This document shows positions 38,718-48,490 of a DNA stretch of 64,000 bases, piece by piece (the first letter of the stretch is position 1; each line of letters starts with the position of its first letter). This DNA comes from an uncultured Solirubrobacterales bacterium. GTDB lineage: Bacteria; Actinomycetota; Thermoleophilia; Solirubrobacterales; Solirubrobacteraceae. Both the position numbers and the translations under genes were made by a program. The DNA is taken from the NCBI GenBank assembly GCA_963831845.1, contig CAWHRT010000025.1, positions 16,659-80,658 on the forward strand, read 5' to 3'. The notes under the pieces are model-generated. The model saw only the letters and a program-made list of their open reading frames with translations, ran no database searches and had not been told where the DNA came from.

Positions 38718-40099
38718 CTGATCCCGAGCTGGACGCGAACCTGGGCTACCTGCTGCGACTCGCTTATCAACGCTTCCGCGCGGCGCTGGACGACGCGCTG
38801 CAGGACCTTGGGCTCTCGGCGCAGGAGTACGTGGTCCTCAGCGTGTTCGAGACCAGACCCGAGCTCTCGACGTCTGAGCTGGCGCGGATCACCCAGGTCA
38901 CCAGGCAGACGATGCACGCCGCCGTGCTCGAGCTCGAGACTGCGGGCCTGATCGAACGCATACCGAAGAACCAGCGGGTCGTGCTGGTCCGCCCGACGAA
39001 CCGGGGCCGCAGGACCCTAGCGGCCGCCACAGATCGGGTCCGGGGGGTCGAGCAGACCGCGCTCGCCGGCCTCAGCCACACCGAGGAGGGCGTCGTGCGG
39101 ACCTGGCTGGCCGACATAGCCGCAGCACAACAGCACTCGACACGCCAAGCCAGGGAGACGCATCCGACCATGACTCTCGAGTACCGCATCCGCACCGCCG
39201 AAGCCGACCTGTTCGATCGCCTCGGCGCTGAGGTCGACGAGTCCTTTCTCGACCTCGCCAATACCGGTGTGCGTGTCCGGCTACTGTCGCACGGCAGCGG
39301 TCCGCCATTGGTCCTGCTCCACGGCGTGTCGCTCAGCGCCGCGGCGTGGGCGCCCCTATTCAGCGCGCTCTCCGGTTGGCGAGTGCTCGCGGTCGACCTT
39401 CCCGGCCACGGGCTGTCTGACCCCGACAGTTATCGATGCGGTCAGGTCCGTCAGCGCGCGCGCGAGCTAATCGACGACATCTTCGACGCGCTCGGACTCG
39501 ACGAGGCGTCGGTCGTCGGCCACTCGCTCGGTGGAATGTTCGCGATCTGGCACGCGGCTGCCGGCACCGAGCGGATCTCCCGGCTGGTCGCGATCGGAGA
39601 GCCGGCAGTCGCGCTTCCAGGTGTGCGCGTACGCATGCCACTATCGGTGCTGACGGTCCGCGGCCTCGGTCTCGCCGTCTTGCGCTCACCCAGCCCCCGC
39701 CCCGTCTATAGACGCCTACTCGCGCAGGGTCTCGGTCGGGCCGAGGTCGCCGCTGCGCCGGATTCCCTGATCGACGCGCTACGCCTGTCTGCGCGTCGAC
39801 CCGGGAACGCGAGAACCGTCAGTTCGCTGATGCACGCGATCGACCACTTCCGTCGACCGCGGCCCGAAAGCGTCCTCACCACCCCCGAGCTCCGCGCCAT
39901 CGCAATACCGACGATGTTCATCTGGGGAGCAAGCGCCCCATACCTCACCGCCGACCGCGCCCGGCCCTCGATCGACCGAATCCCAGGAGCAACCCTTCAC
40001 GAGGTCCCCGGCGGACACGGCCCCTGGCTCGTTGACACCGAACGCAGCGCGGAGCTCATCCGAGCCCACCTCACCACCGTCGGGGTCACAGCACGATGA
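38699..40099 (+). CDS. MarR regulator in frame with an alpha/beta hydrolase (hydrolase has its own ATG at 39170)
   Basis: MarR: LGYLLR, SELARITQVTRQTM, PTNRGR. Hydrolase: LLHG, VDLPGHGLS, GHSLGG, GGHGPW. Confidence 0.85.
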   Translation: MSDPLTTDPELDANLGYLLRLAYQRFRAALDDALQDLGLSAQEYVVLSVFETRPELSTSELARITQVTRQTMHAAVLELETAGLIERIPKNQRVVLVRPTNRGRRTLAAATDRVRGVEQTALAGLSHTEEGVVRTWLADIAAAQQHSTRQARETHPTMTLEYRIRTAEADLFDRLGAEVDESFLDLANTGVRVRLLSHGSGPPLVLLHGVSLSAAAWAPLFSALSGWRVLAVDLPGHGLSDPDSYRCGQVRQRARELIDDIFDALGLDEASVVGHSLGGMFAIWHAAAGTERISRLVAIGEPAVALPGVRVRMPLSVLTVRGLGLAVLRSPSPRPVYRRLLAQGLGRAEVAAAPDSLIDALRLSARRPGNARTVSSLMHAIDHFRRPRPESVLTTPELRAIAIPTMFIWGASAPYLTADRARPSIDRIPGATLHEVPGGHGPWLVDTERSAELIRAHLTTVGVTAR

Positions 40100-40683
40100 T
40101 GACAATCGGCGAGACTCAGCCCGCGCTGAGGGAAAGCTCGACCGCGTTAGCGACCTGTTCGCGAGACCGGGCGCTCACCGCAGCGATGAGGGCGGCTTGC
40201 CAGCACTCGGAGGTCACCGACGGCTGCGTCAGTCCGAGGTCGGCGACAACGGTGGCCTGGTCGACGTGGTCAGCGATCTGCTCGGCGCGGCGCTGGGCGG
40301 CGATGTGTTGGGCGCGAACGAGCGGTGTCCGTCCACCCTGTCTTGAAAGGCTCAGTAGATCGCCGGCGACCAGAGGGACGGCCCGGCGTGCGCACTTCTC
40401 CCACGGTGCGTCGGTGGCCGAGTCGACGACCACCTGCCGAACGACGCGCCAGCCCGCGTGGTGAGAATCACAGCGGGCGACGAGAAACCGAGCGAGAGCT
40501 TCAGCTACGCCGATTGCCCCTGGATCGGAACCGTGAGCGTCGAGATGGCGCAGCGCAGCACCGACTTTACGTCCATCATCCACCGCCCTCGCGAGCTGAA
40601 CCGCGGTTTTCCGCGGTCTACGTGTCTCAATGTCGATCCTCTTACCCTAGTAGCAGACGATCTTCTCCGGCCCGGCGGGAGGT

Positions 40684-41389
40684 CTAGTTCACCGTGCAGG
40701 CGATGTAGATCGCGGCGGGAAGCTCGCCGCTCTCGCAGACCTGCCCGCGCCCGACGAGCTCCCATTGGCGCCCCTTGCCGCGGAACACGACCGTGATGTC
40801 GTCGCCCGTGCCGGCGTGCACGTCGATGTAGTCACCGCGGGCGTAGTTGCCGACGCACTGCCACCCCTTGGTCAGGTAGCTGGGAGCCAGCGAGCGCTTG
40901 TGGAACGCGCGCTTCAGAGCGTCGGTCAGCCCGGCGCGCGTGCATGGGGGATGGGGCCCGGGTGGGTTCTGGTTGACCCTGGCCACGTTGCCGCGGGCTG
41001 ATTCGGAAGCCCTTGCCACTGTTGACCACCGTGCACACGGCGCCCTTGGCACGGGGCCACAACCCGATCGGGATGCAGGCAAACGGGCCGACCTTGGGCT
41101 CGGGCTGCCGGATGAACACGTTCCCGTACGCAGCTCCGGGCCACTTCAGGCAACTCGGAGACGCGCCCTGGGGCCTGCCGCAGGTCGCGACCTGGCCGCC
41201 GGGGGCGAGCGACGCGGATACCGTGCGCGATGAACTCGCGCCCTGGCAGGAGACCGAGGCGGACTTCATCACGCACGACACGCCACCCCCGGCGACCGTG
41301 AACTTGACCGTCGGCGGTGCGGCCGTGGCGATCGCCGGCGTGGCCGCCACGGCGACTGTCACAGCGATTAGCGCAATCCTTGATCTCAT
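40684..41389 (-). CDS. secreted Cys-rich hypothetical protein; frameshift near 40997
   Basis: Signal peptide ending ATA; VGPFAC..AVCTVVNSGKGFRIS, then the next frame continues PCTRAGL..CVGNYA..VCESGELP..ACTVN. Confidence 0.7.
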
Positions 41390-41464
41390 CGGCCCCGGCC
41401 GTCGTACGTGACGGCGCGGGGCGGATGCTAGCGACCGGGGTTGCCACCGGTCAAGGCCTGCGGC

Positions 41465-41674
41465 TTACGGGTGCGCTCGCGGCAGGCCGCGGCCGGACGA
41501 GGGCGCTCCGTCGCTGTGGCGCTGGGAGATGTCGTGGATGTAGCTGGCAATCACGGCGTCGGAGATCAGCTGAGCGCTGGCTCGCGCGCCGGGTCGCCGC
41601 TCGGTACGCGGTGAGCGGCGACCGGTCGGCTGTGCCGTGGTGGTGTGGGGGCGGGGGCGATTGTCGTGTCTCAT
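41465..41674 (-). CDS. small hypothetical protein coupled to the MFS gene
   Basis: ATGA overlap with the MFS stop; single amphipathic helix SDAVIASYIHDISQRH in a low-complexity chain. Confidence 0.55.
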   Translation of the reverse strand: MRHDNRPRPHTTTAQPTGRRSPRTERRPGARASAQLISDAVIASYIHDISQRHSDGAPSSGRGLPRAHP

Positions 41675-43183
41675 GCGGCGTTTCTCTCGATGTCGAGGTT
41701 GGCGGGGACCGTGTCGATGTCGTTGGCGGCCGAGGCCTCGGCCACGTACAGCTCGGACCGCGAGCGGCGCGGCGCAAGCAGGACGAACGCCAGGGCGATC
41801 CCGGCGACGATGACCGCTGCTCCGCTGAGGAAGGCGACGTGGTAGCCGCTGATCAGCGAGTCGGTCAGGCCGTGGTGCGTGGACACCAGTCCCTTCGTGT
41901 GGTTCGCGGCGATCGTGCTGAGGACGGCCAGCCCGAGCGCGCCGCTGATCTGCTGGGAGACGTTGGTGATTCCCGAACCCAGCCCGGAGTCGGCGGCGGG
42001 GACGTCGGCCATCGCGATCGTCAGCAGTGGCATGAACGCGGTGCCGATTCCCAGGCCGATCGTGAAGCAGGCCAGGAAGATCGTCGGGAAGAAAGCGGTG
42101 TCGGGGCCCACCGTGCTGAACAGGAGCAGGCCTACGACTGCGCTCGCCATCCCGGAGGTCAGGACCGCGAACGGCCCGAACCGATTGACCAGACGCGCGG
42201 TGATCCCCTGCGAGAGGACAGCCACCGTGAGCGTCCAGGGCAGGAACGCCGCCCCGGTCTGCAGCGAGCTGTAGTGGCGGACGTGCTCGAGGTACAGGGT
42301 TCCGAGGAAGAACGTCGAGTACATGCCGGTCACGAGGAAACCTCTGACGAGGCTGGCGTTGACCAGCCCGCGCAGACGCAGGATGCGCAGCGGCATGATC
42401 GGGTTCTCGATTCGCGCCTCGAGGGCGAGGAACGCCGCCATCAGCACCGCGGCGAGTGCCGCCGATGCCGAGCACCGGCGCGGACAGCCAGCCGTGGCTG
42501 GTGGCCTGGATGATCGCGTAGATGGCGCTCATCAGCGAAGCGGTGACGAGCGCCGAGCCGATCCAGTCGACTCCTTGCCCGAGTCCGAGCCCTTCGTCGG
42601 CCGGGATCAGGAACTGGCCGAGCGCGAGCGTCATCAAGCCGATCGGGATGTTCACGAAGAACACCCAGTGCCAGCTGAGCGCCTCCGTGAGCACGCCGCC
42701 GGCGAGCAGTCCGAGCGAGCCGCCCGCGACCGACACGAACACGTAGGCGCTCATCGCGCGAGCGCGCTCGCTGGGCTTGGGGAACTCAGTGATGATGATC
42801 GCGAGGATCACCGAGGCCTGCGCCGCCGCACCGACGCCCTGCGCGAACCGGGCCACGATCAGCGCGCCCTGACTCGGAGCGATGCCGCACAGCAGCGAGG
42901 CCGCGGTGAAGACGACGATGCCCGCGAGGAACACGCGCTTGCGTCCGACGAGATCGCCGATCCGGCCGAACAGGAGCAGCAGGCTCCCGAACGTGACCAG
43001 GAAGGCATTGACGACCCAGGTGAGGTTGGCCTGGCTGAAGTGCAGGTCGTGCTGGATCGATGGGAGTGCGACGTTCACGATCGTGACGTCGAGCACAACC
43101 ATCAGCTGCGCCAAGCAGACGATGATCAATGCCGTCCACCGGCGGCGGTCGGGTGAGAGGGTTTGCGAAGAAACGAGGTTCAT
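41671..43183 (-). CDS. DHA2 (EmrB/QacA) MFS efflux transporter; frameshift near 42460
   Basis: LDVTIVNVALP, GRIGDLVGRKR, WHWVFFVNIPIG; second half NPIMPLRI, QQISGALGLA. Confidence 0.9.
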
Positions 43184-43224
43184 TCAGGTCCAAACTTGTC
43201 GGTTGATCGATGTGGCGCTAAAGT

Positions 43225-43282
43225 GGAGGACACCTCCGAAATAACTGGAGGCACCCTCCGAAACTATACGGAGGCTCCCTCC
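43225..43282. promoter_or_regulatory. three tandem palindromic operators GGAGG-N3-CCTCC
   Basis: Copies at 43225..43237, 43247..43259 and 43270..43282 between the divergent MFS and tetR genes. Confidence 0.88.
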
Positions 43283-43302
43283 GTTTGTCAACCGGAATTT
43301 CG

Positions 43303-43893
43303 ATGAACACCACAGAAGCGTTCGCACAGACATTGCTCACCCGTCCCAAGCGGGCGGATGCGCGGCGCAACTACGACAAGGTGCTGGCGGCCGCGCGGGA
43401 GGCATTTGCCGAGGGCGGGGAGTCGACTGCGCTCGAGGAGATCGCCCGCCGCGCCGGGGTCGGGATCGGCACGCTGTACCGCCACTTCCCGAACCGCCAG
43501 GCGCTGCTGGAGGCGCTCTACCTCAACGAGGTCGAGGCCATCTGCCGCTCGGCCGAGGAGCTCGACGGCGGCGATCCATGGGAGGCGCTGCAGAGCTGGT
43601 TCGAGCGTCTGATCGGCTATCTCGCGACCAAGCGGGCGCTGGCTCACGAGCTGCTCGACTATCTCGATCAGGACGCGGCGCTGTTCCAGACGTGCCGCGC
43701 TTCGCTGTTCGCCGCCGGCGGGCCACTGCTCGCGCGAGCCCAGGCGGCCGGGGCCGTCCGCTCCGACGTCGAGTTCTCAGACGTCATGCAGCTGGTCGGC
43801 GGCATCGCCAAGATCCCGTCCAGCGATCCGGCCCAGGTCGAGCACATCCTCCGGATCGCGCTCGACGGTCTTCGCTACCAGCCGGAGTCCTAG
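43303..43893 (+). CDS. TetR family regulator (SbtR-like C-terminus)
   Basis: RADARRN, LEEIARRAGVGIGTLYRHFPNR, LLARAQAAGAVRSD, LDGLR. Confidence 0.95.
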   Translation: MNTTEAFAQTLLTRPKRADARRNYDKVLAAAREAFAEGGESTALEEIARRAGVGIGTLYRHFPNRQALLEALYLNEVEAICRSAEELDGGDPWEALQSWFERLIGYLATKRALAHELLDYLDQDAALFQTCRASLFAAGGPLLARAQAAGAVRSDVEFSDVMQLVGGIAKIPSSDPAQVEHILRIALDGLRYQPES

Positions 43894-45250
43894 AGACCGT
43901 TACCGCCGCCGGCGCCCGCCGCCGGCGACAACCGGCGACGATCAACGCGCCGAGCGCGCACAGGGCCGCCGACACGGCCGCCGCCGTGTTCCAGCCCGCG
44001 ACCAGTTGCCGGCCTCCGGCCGACGCGATGCTGATCACCAGGGCGACCCCGGCTGCGCCGCCGAGATACCGCGCGGTGTTGCTGGCCCCGCTGCCCATCC
44101 CGGCTCGGTCCGGCGGCACCGACTCGACCGCGAGGCGGCCCAGCGCCGCGTTGGCTACCCCGCTGCCGATCCCGGCGACGATCAGGCCCGGCAGCAGTCG
44201 CAGCCAGGTCGAGTCGGCGTGGATCCCGGTGAGCCCGGCCTCGCCGACTGCGACGATCGCCAGGCCGATCGCCAGCCGGGTCTCGGTAGCCGGCCGCCCG
44301 GGGAGCGAGCGCACCGCGAACGCGACGACCATGCTGGTGGCCGACCAGGTCGCGAGCAGACCGGCGCTCCCGAGCACGGAGACGTGCAGCGCCCCCTGCA
44401 TCAGCGCGGGGGCGAAGCTCATCAGGCCGACGATCGCCAGGCCAGTGAACAGCGCCCCGCTGGTCGACGCCTGAAACCGCGCATCCCGGAACAGGCGAGG
44501 GTCGACCATCGGCCGCCGCCGGGCCAGCTCGATCGCGCCGAACGCCGCCAGCAGCGCCAGCGCGGCGCCGAAGGCGACCACGGTCTGAGGTCGCAGCCAC
44601 CCGTGCCGGGCCTCGACGAACCCGGCGGTCAGCAGCGCCGTGCCCGCGGCGAGCGTGATCGCCGCGGGTAGATCGTGGGTCCGAGACGCGGCCGGTCGCG
44701 GTTCGGCCAGGGTCGTCGCCGCGGCCATGACTGCGATCGCGGCCGCGCCCTCCACCCAGAATCCGCTGCGCCAGCCGCCGAGTCCCGCCAGCGCCGCCGC
44801 GCCGAGTGGTCCGATCGCGATCCCCGCGCCGACGGCGGCTCCCCACGCGCCGGTCGCACGAGCGCGGGCCGGCCCCGGCTCGATCGTCCTGCCGATCGAG
44901 CCGAGGCTGGCGGCGAGCACGCCGGCGCCGCCGACGCCCTGAAGCACGCGGGCGCCGATCAGCACCGCGATCGTCGGCGCGAGCGCTCCGATGAAGCCGG
45001 CGACCGCGAGCAGCGCGGAGCTCCCGATCAACACGCGCCGGTAGCCGACGTTGTCGGCGAGCGTGCCTGCCGTGAGCAGCACCGCGGCGAGGCCGATGCT
45101 CATCCCGCTGAGCGCCCACGCCTGCGCGGCGGGACCGGCGTGCAGCGCGGTCGCGGTGGCTTGCGCGGCGACCACGTACCCGCTGAACGTGGCGAGCACG
45201 AGCAACGTGCCCGAGGTGGCGACCGCGAGCACGCGGCTGGACTCGGTCAA
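43784..45250 (-). CDS. MFS transporter (14-TMS type)
   Basis: GTLADNVGYRR, RVLQGVG, GWRSGF, GMGSGASNTARYLG; TTG start overlaps the tautomerase stop; 3' end overlaps tetR. Confidence 0.88.
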   Translation of the reverse strand: MTESSRVLAVATSGTLLVLATFSGYVVAAQATATALHAGPAAQAWALSGMSIGLAAVLLTAGTLADNVGYRRVLIGSSALLAVAGFIGALAPTIAVLIGARVLQGVGGAGVLAASLGSIGRTIEPGPARARATGAWGAAVGAGIAIGPLGAAALAGLGGWRSGFWVEGAAAIAVMAAATTLAEPRPAASRTHDLPAAITLAAGTALLTAGFVEARHGWLRPQTVVAFGAALALLAAFGAIELARRRPMVDPRLFRDARFQASTSGALFTGLAIVGLMSFAPALMQGALHVSVLGSAGLLATWSATSMVVAFAVRSLPGRPATETRLAIGLAIVAVGEAGLTGIHADSTWLRLLPGLIVAGIGSGVANAALGRLAVESVPPDRAGMGSGASNTARYLGGAAGVALVISIASAGGRQLVAGWNTAAAVSAALCALGALIVAGCRRRRAPAAVTVSRTPAGSEDRRARSGGCARPGPDRWTGSWRCRRPAA

Positions 45251-45462
45251 CCCTGTGCGAGCGCCCTGACGTCGTCTGCGCACACCACGTGGCCGCCAAT
45301 TCCCCAGTCGCCGCTGCAGACCTCCTGCAGCACGCACCAGGTGTACGGGCGCATGTGCTCGCCCTCGACCTCGACCATCGCCTCGGTCAGGCGTTCGATG
45401 ATCTGCTGCTTCTGCTGGGCGGTGAAGACGCCGCGGATCACCTGGACCTGGATCAACGACAT
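45247..45462 (-). CDS. 4-oxalocrotonate tautomerase family protein (Ser in place of Pro-1)
   Basis: LIQVQVIRGVFTAQQKQQII..LTEAMV..TWCVLQEV.SGDWGIGG; GAGGAG RBS. Confidence 0.88.
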   Translation of the reverse strand: MSLIQVQVIRGVFTAQQKQQIIERLTEAMVEVEGEHMRPYTWCVLQEVCSGDWGIGGHVVCADDVRALAQG

Positions 45463-45523
45463 GGCTGTGCTCCTCGTCGGGAAGGTTTGTCATGCGACGA
45501 TCGTCCGGTCGGTCGCCGATTCG

Positions 45524-45557
45524 CACATCGGGCATGTCCCCCGACATCGGCCCCCGA
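45524..45557. promoter_or_regulatory. 34-bp putative AAA-LuxR binding motif, copy 1
   Basis: CACATCGGGCATGTCCCCCGACATCGGCCCCCGA; 28/34 identical to 49983..50016. Confidence 0.7.
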
Positions 45558-45602
45558 ACATTGCATCGGGGCCAGCGCGCGCCTTACGATCGACCAAGGC
45601 GC

Positions 45603-48467
45603 ATGGATCAACACGGGGCTGGCCAGCCGGTCGCGCTGCTCGAGCGCGAGCAGGAGCTCGACCGCGTTCGAGCGCTGCTACGCGGCGCGGGCCGCCGCGA
45701 CGGCCAGGTGCTGGCAATCGAGGGTCCGGCCGGGATCGGCAAGTCACGGCTGCTGGACGAGGCCCGTGGACGCGCAATGGGACTCGGGCTGCGCCTGCTC
45801 GATGCCCGCGCCACCGAGCTCGAGCAGGGCTTCCCGTTCGGGGTCGTCCGCCAGCTGTTCGAGCGACCTCTGGCCGAGGCCGATGACGACGAGCGCGAGC
45901 GGTGGCTCGCCGGAGCGGCCGCGCTGGCGGCCGACGTGCTCGCCGGGGCGCCGCCGATCAACCGCGACTCGGTCGCGGGCCTGATGCCGAGCGACCCCGG
46001 ATACGCATGGCAACACGGCCTGTACTGGCTGGCCTGCAACCTGTCGGCCGACTCGCCGCTGGTGCTGCTGGTCGACGATCTTCAGTGGTGCGACGCGCCA
46101 TCTGCCCGGGCGCTGGCATTCATCGCACGCCGGCTCGCCGGACAGCCGCTGGCACTGATTCTCGCCACCCGGCCACTCGACCCGGCGCAGACGCCCGAGG
46201 CGGCGTCGATCGTCACCGATGCCGCCACCGAGGTGCTGCGCCCTTCGCCGCTGACGTCCGACGCGGTCGCGGCGATGATCGCTGCCCGGCTGCGCGCCGA
46301 GGCTTCGCCGCGGTTCGTCAGGGAGTGCATCGAAGCCACCGGCGGCAACCCGTTCCTGCTCGGGGAGTTGCTCGACGAGGTCGCGGCCCGGGGATTCGAT
46401 CCGGCGTCAGGCGCGTCCGCCGAGGTCACCGCGATCGTCCCCCGCGGAGTGGCCAACGCGGTGCTGCTGCGGCTGGCGCGGCTCGCTCCGCAGGCGGCGA
46501 CACTCGCCCGCGCGCTCAGCGTGCTCGGAGATCGCGCTCAGGTCGGGGATGCGGCGCGTCTGGCGGGACTGGCCGGCGCCGAGCCTGAGCGGGCGATGGC
46601 CTCACTGGTCTCCGCTGGGGTGATCGAGTCCGGCGGGACGGTGCGCTTCACGCACCCGATTCTGCGCGCCGCGATCTACGGAGATCTGTCGGCGGCCGAG
46701 CGGGAGCGCCTCCATTGCGCGGCGTCAAAGGCCCTGAGCGCTCGCGGTGCGCCCGCGGGTCAGGTGGCGGCGCACGTGATGCACACCGAACCGGCCAACG
46801 ACCAGGATGCGGTGACCCTGCTGCGCGAGGCGGCTACGGCTGCGCTCGCGCTCGGCGACGCCGCCGGCGCCGCCGCGATGCTCACCCGTGCGTTGGACGA
46901 GCCGCCCGCTGACGGTGACCGGCCCGCGGTAGTGCTCGAGCTCGGACAGGCTCGTGCGCGCGCCGGGGCGCCGGACGCCGTCGCTCCACTGTCTGAGATC
47001 GTCGAGCGGGGAGATGATCACCGGGCGGTCGCGGCCGCGGCGATCGAGCTCAGCGGGATCCTGGTCTTCGCCGGCCGGGCCGCGGACGCCGCCGCGGTCC
47101 TGCACACCGCGCAGCAGCGCATCCCGGTCGGCGAGGCCGCGCGGGCGCGGCTCGACGTCGCCCTGCTGGGAGCGAGCTACACGTCGGCGTCGGCCCGACG
47201 CGCCGCCGATCAGACGATCGCGGCGCTCCGCGATCCCGGTGGCCCGGCAACCGATGTGGTCCAGGCCACCACGCTGGCGACGCTGGCGATGGACGAGCTG
47301 ATGTACGTGCGCTCGGCCGCGGCCGCCGCCGACTACGCGCACCGCGCGATCGCGGCCGGACTGCCGATTGAGCCTCACCGCGGCGAGGTCTGGTCGATCG
47401 TCGCGCTGGCGGTGCTCGCGGCCACCGATCAGCTCGCGTCGGCGCTCCGCGGAATCGACGACATTCTCGTCCGAGCGAGGGAGCATGGGGTCGCGTTGAC
47501 GGTCGCGACGATCTCGTCGCTACGCGCGTTCGTCTGTGTGCGGAGCGGCGACCTGCTCGCCGCTCAGGCAGACGCTGCGGGCGCGATCGAACTGCTGCCC
47601 GACCTGTTCGGCACCGAGTTCGTGGTCCTCGCCGTCAGCGCCGCGGTGCTGGCCGGGCTGGATCGCGACGAGCCGCCGGAATCGTTGCGCGGGCTGATCG
47701 ACCGCGCCGGCATCAGCTACGACACGGAGTTCTCGCCCAGCACGCAGCTTCGCTACGCCTCGGGTCTGGTGCGCGCCGCCGCCGGCAACCACGAGGCAGC
47801 CGTCGAGGAGTTTCGCGCCTGCGCGATCCACCACCCGGCGCTCGGCGGAGAGAATCCGGCGGCGCTCGCGTGGCGCTCGGCGGCTGCGCTCTCGCTCGCC
47901 GAGCTGGGCCGCCACAGCGAGGCTCGGGCACTCGCCGATGAGGAGCTGGCCCGGGCCCGATCGTTCGGCGCGCCCCGGGCGATCGGGATTGCGCTCCGGG
48001 CGCAGGCGCTGGTGGGCCCGGCCGGAGCACGGCTGGAGCGGCTGCGGGCGGCTACCGAGGTGCTGGAAGGCTCGGAGGCTCGGTTGGAGCACGCCCGCGC
48101 GCTAGTCGATGTCGGCGCGGCGTTGCGGGCGGCGGGACAGCGCACCGCGGCACGCGAGCCGCTGCTCGAGGCGCTGGTGATCGCGGCCAGATGCGGGGCC
48201 CGGGCGGTGGAGCGCCGGGCAAACTCGGAGCTGGCAGCGGTCGGCGTGCGGCCGCGCGCGATCGACGAGTCCGGCGCTGAGTCGCTGACCCCGAGCGAAC
48301 GGCGGGTGGTCGAGTTGGCGGCCGCTGGCGGCACCAATCGCGAGATCGCTCAGCAGCTGTTCGTCACCGAGAAGACGGTGGAGACGCATCTGGGACGGGC
48401 GTTTCGCAAGCTCAACGTGTCCTCCCGCCGACAGCTGCCCGAGGTGCTGGCGGGCGTGTCGAGCTGA
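45603..48467 (+). CDS. large ATP-binding LuxR-family (LAL/MalT-like) regulator
   Basis: GPAGIGKS, LLVDDLQW, GGNPF; C-terminal HTH LTPSERRV..NREIAQQLFVTEKTVETHL. Confidence 0.95.
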   Translation: MDQHGAGQPVALLEREQELDRVRALLRGAGRRDGQVLAIEGPAGIGKSRLLDEARGRAMGLGLRLLDARATELEQGFPFGVVRQLFERPLAEADDDERERWLAGAAALAADVLAGAPPINRDSVAGLMPSDPGYAWQHGLYWLACNLSADSPLVLLVDDLQWCDAPSARALAFIARRLAGQPLALILATRPLDPAQTPEAASIVTDAATEVLRPSPLTSDAVAAMIAARLRAEASPRFVRECIEATGGNPFLLGELLDEVAARGFDPASGASAEVTAIVPRGVANAVLLRLARLAPQAATLARALSVLGDRAQVGDAARLAGLAGAEPERAMASLVSAGVIESGGTVRFTHPILRAAIYGDLSAAERERLHCAASKALSARGAPAGQVAAHVMHTEPANDQDAVTLLREAATAALALGDAAGAAAMLTRALDEPPADGDRPAVVLELGQARARAGAPDAVAPLSEIVERGDDHRAVAAAAIELSGILVFAGRAADAAAVLHTAQQRIPVGEAARARLDVALLGASYTSASARRAADQTIAALRDPGGPATDVVQATTLATLAMDELMYVRSAAAAADYAHRAIAAGLPIEPHRGEVWSIVALAVLAATDQLASALRGIDDILVRAREHGVALTVATISSLRAFVCVRSGDLLAAQADAAGAIELLPDLFGTEFVVLAVSAAVLAGLDRDEPPESLRGLIDRAGISYDTEFSPSTQLRYASGLVRAAAGNHEAAVEEFRACAIHHPALGGENPAALAWRSAAALSLAELGRHSEARALADEELARARSFGAPRAIGIALRAQALVGPAGARLERLRAATEVLEGSEARLEHARALVDVGAALRAAGQRTAAREPLLEALVIAARCGARAVERRANSELAAVGVRPRAIDESGAESLTPSERRVVELAAAGGTNREIAQQLFVTEKTVETHLGRAFRKLNVSSRRQLPEVLAGVSS

Positions 48468-48490
48468 CCACGCCCGTCGGCCCCCGTCGC

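Noticed and set aside
43225-43282. Regularly spaced palindromic repeats as a mini-CRISPR array
   Set aside because: Repeats are 13 bp with 9-10-bp linkers, no cas genes are present, and the position between tetR and MFS fits operators.
43784-43893. About 110-bp convergent 3' overlaps (MFS/tetR; also ECF/LAL at 58755..58860) as antisense regulation
   Set aside because: The overlapping tails look non-conserved and could result from indel errors or lost stops.
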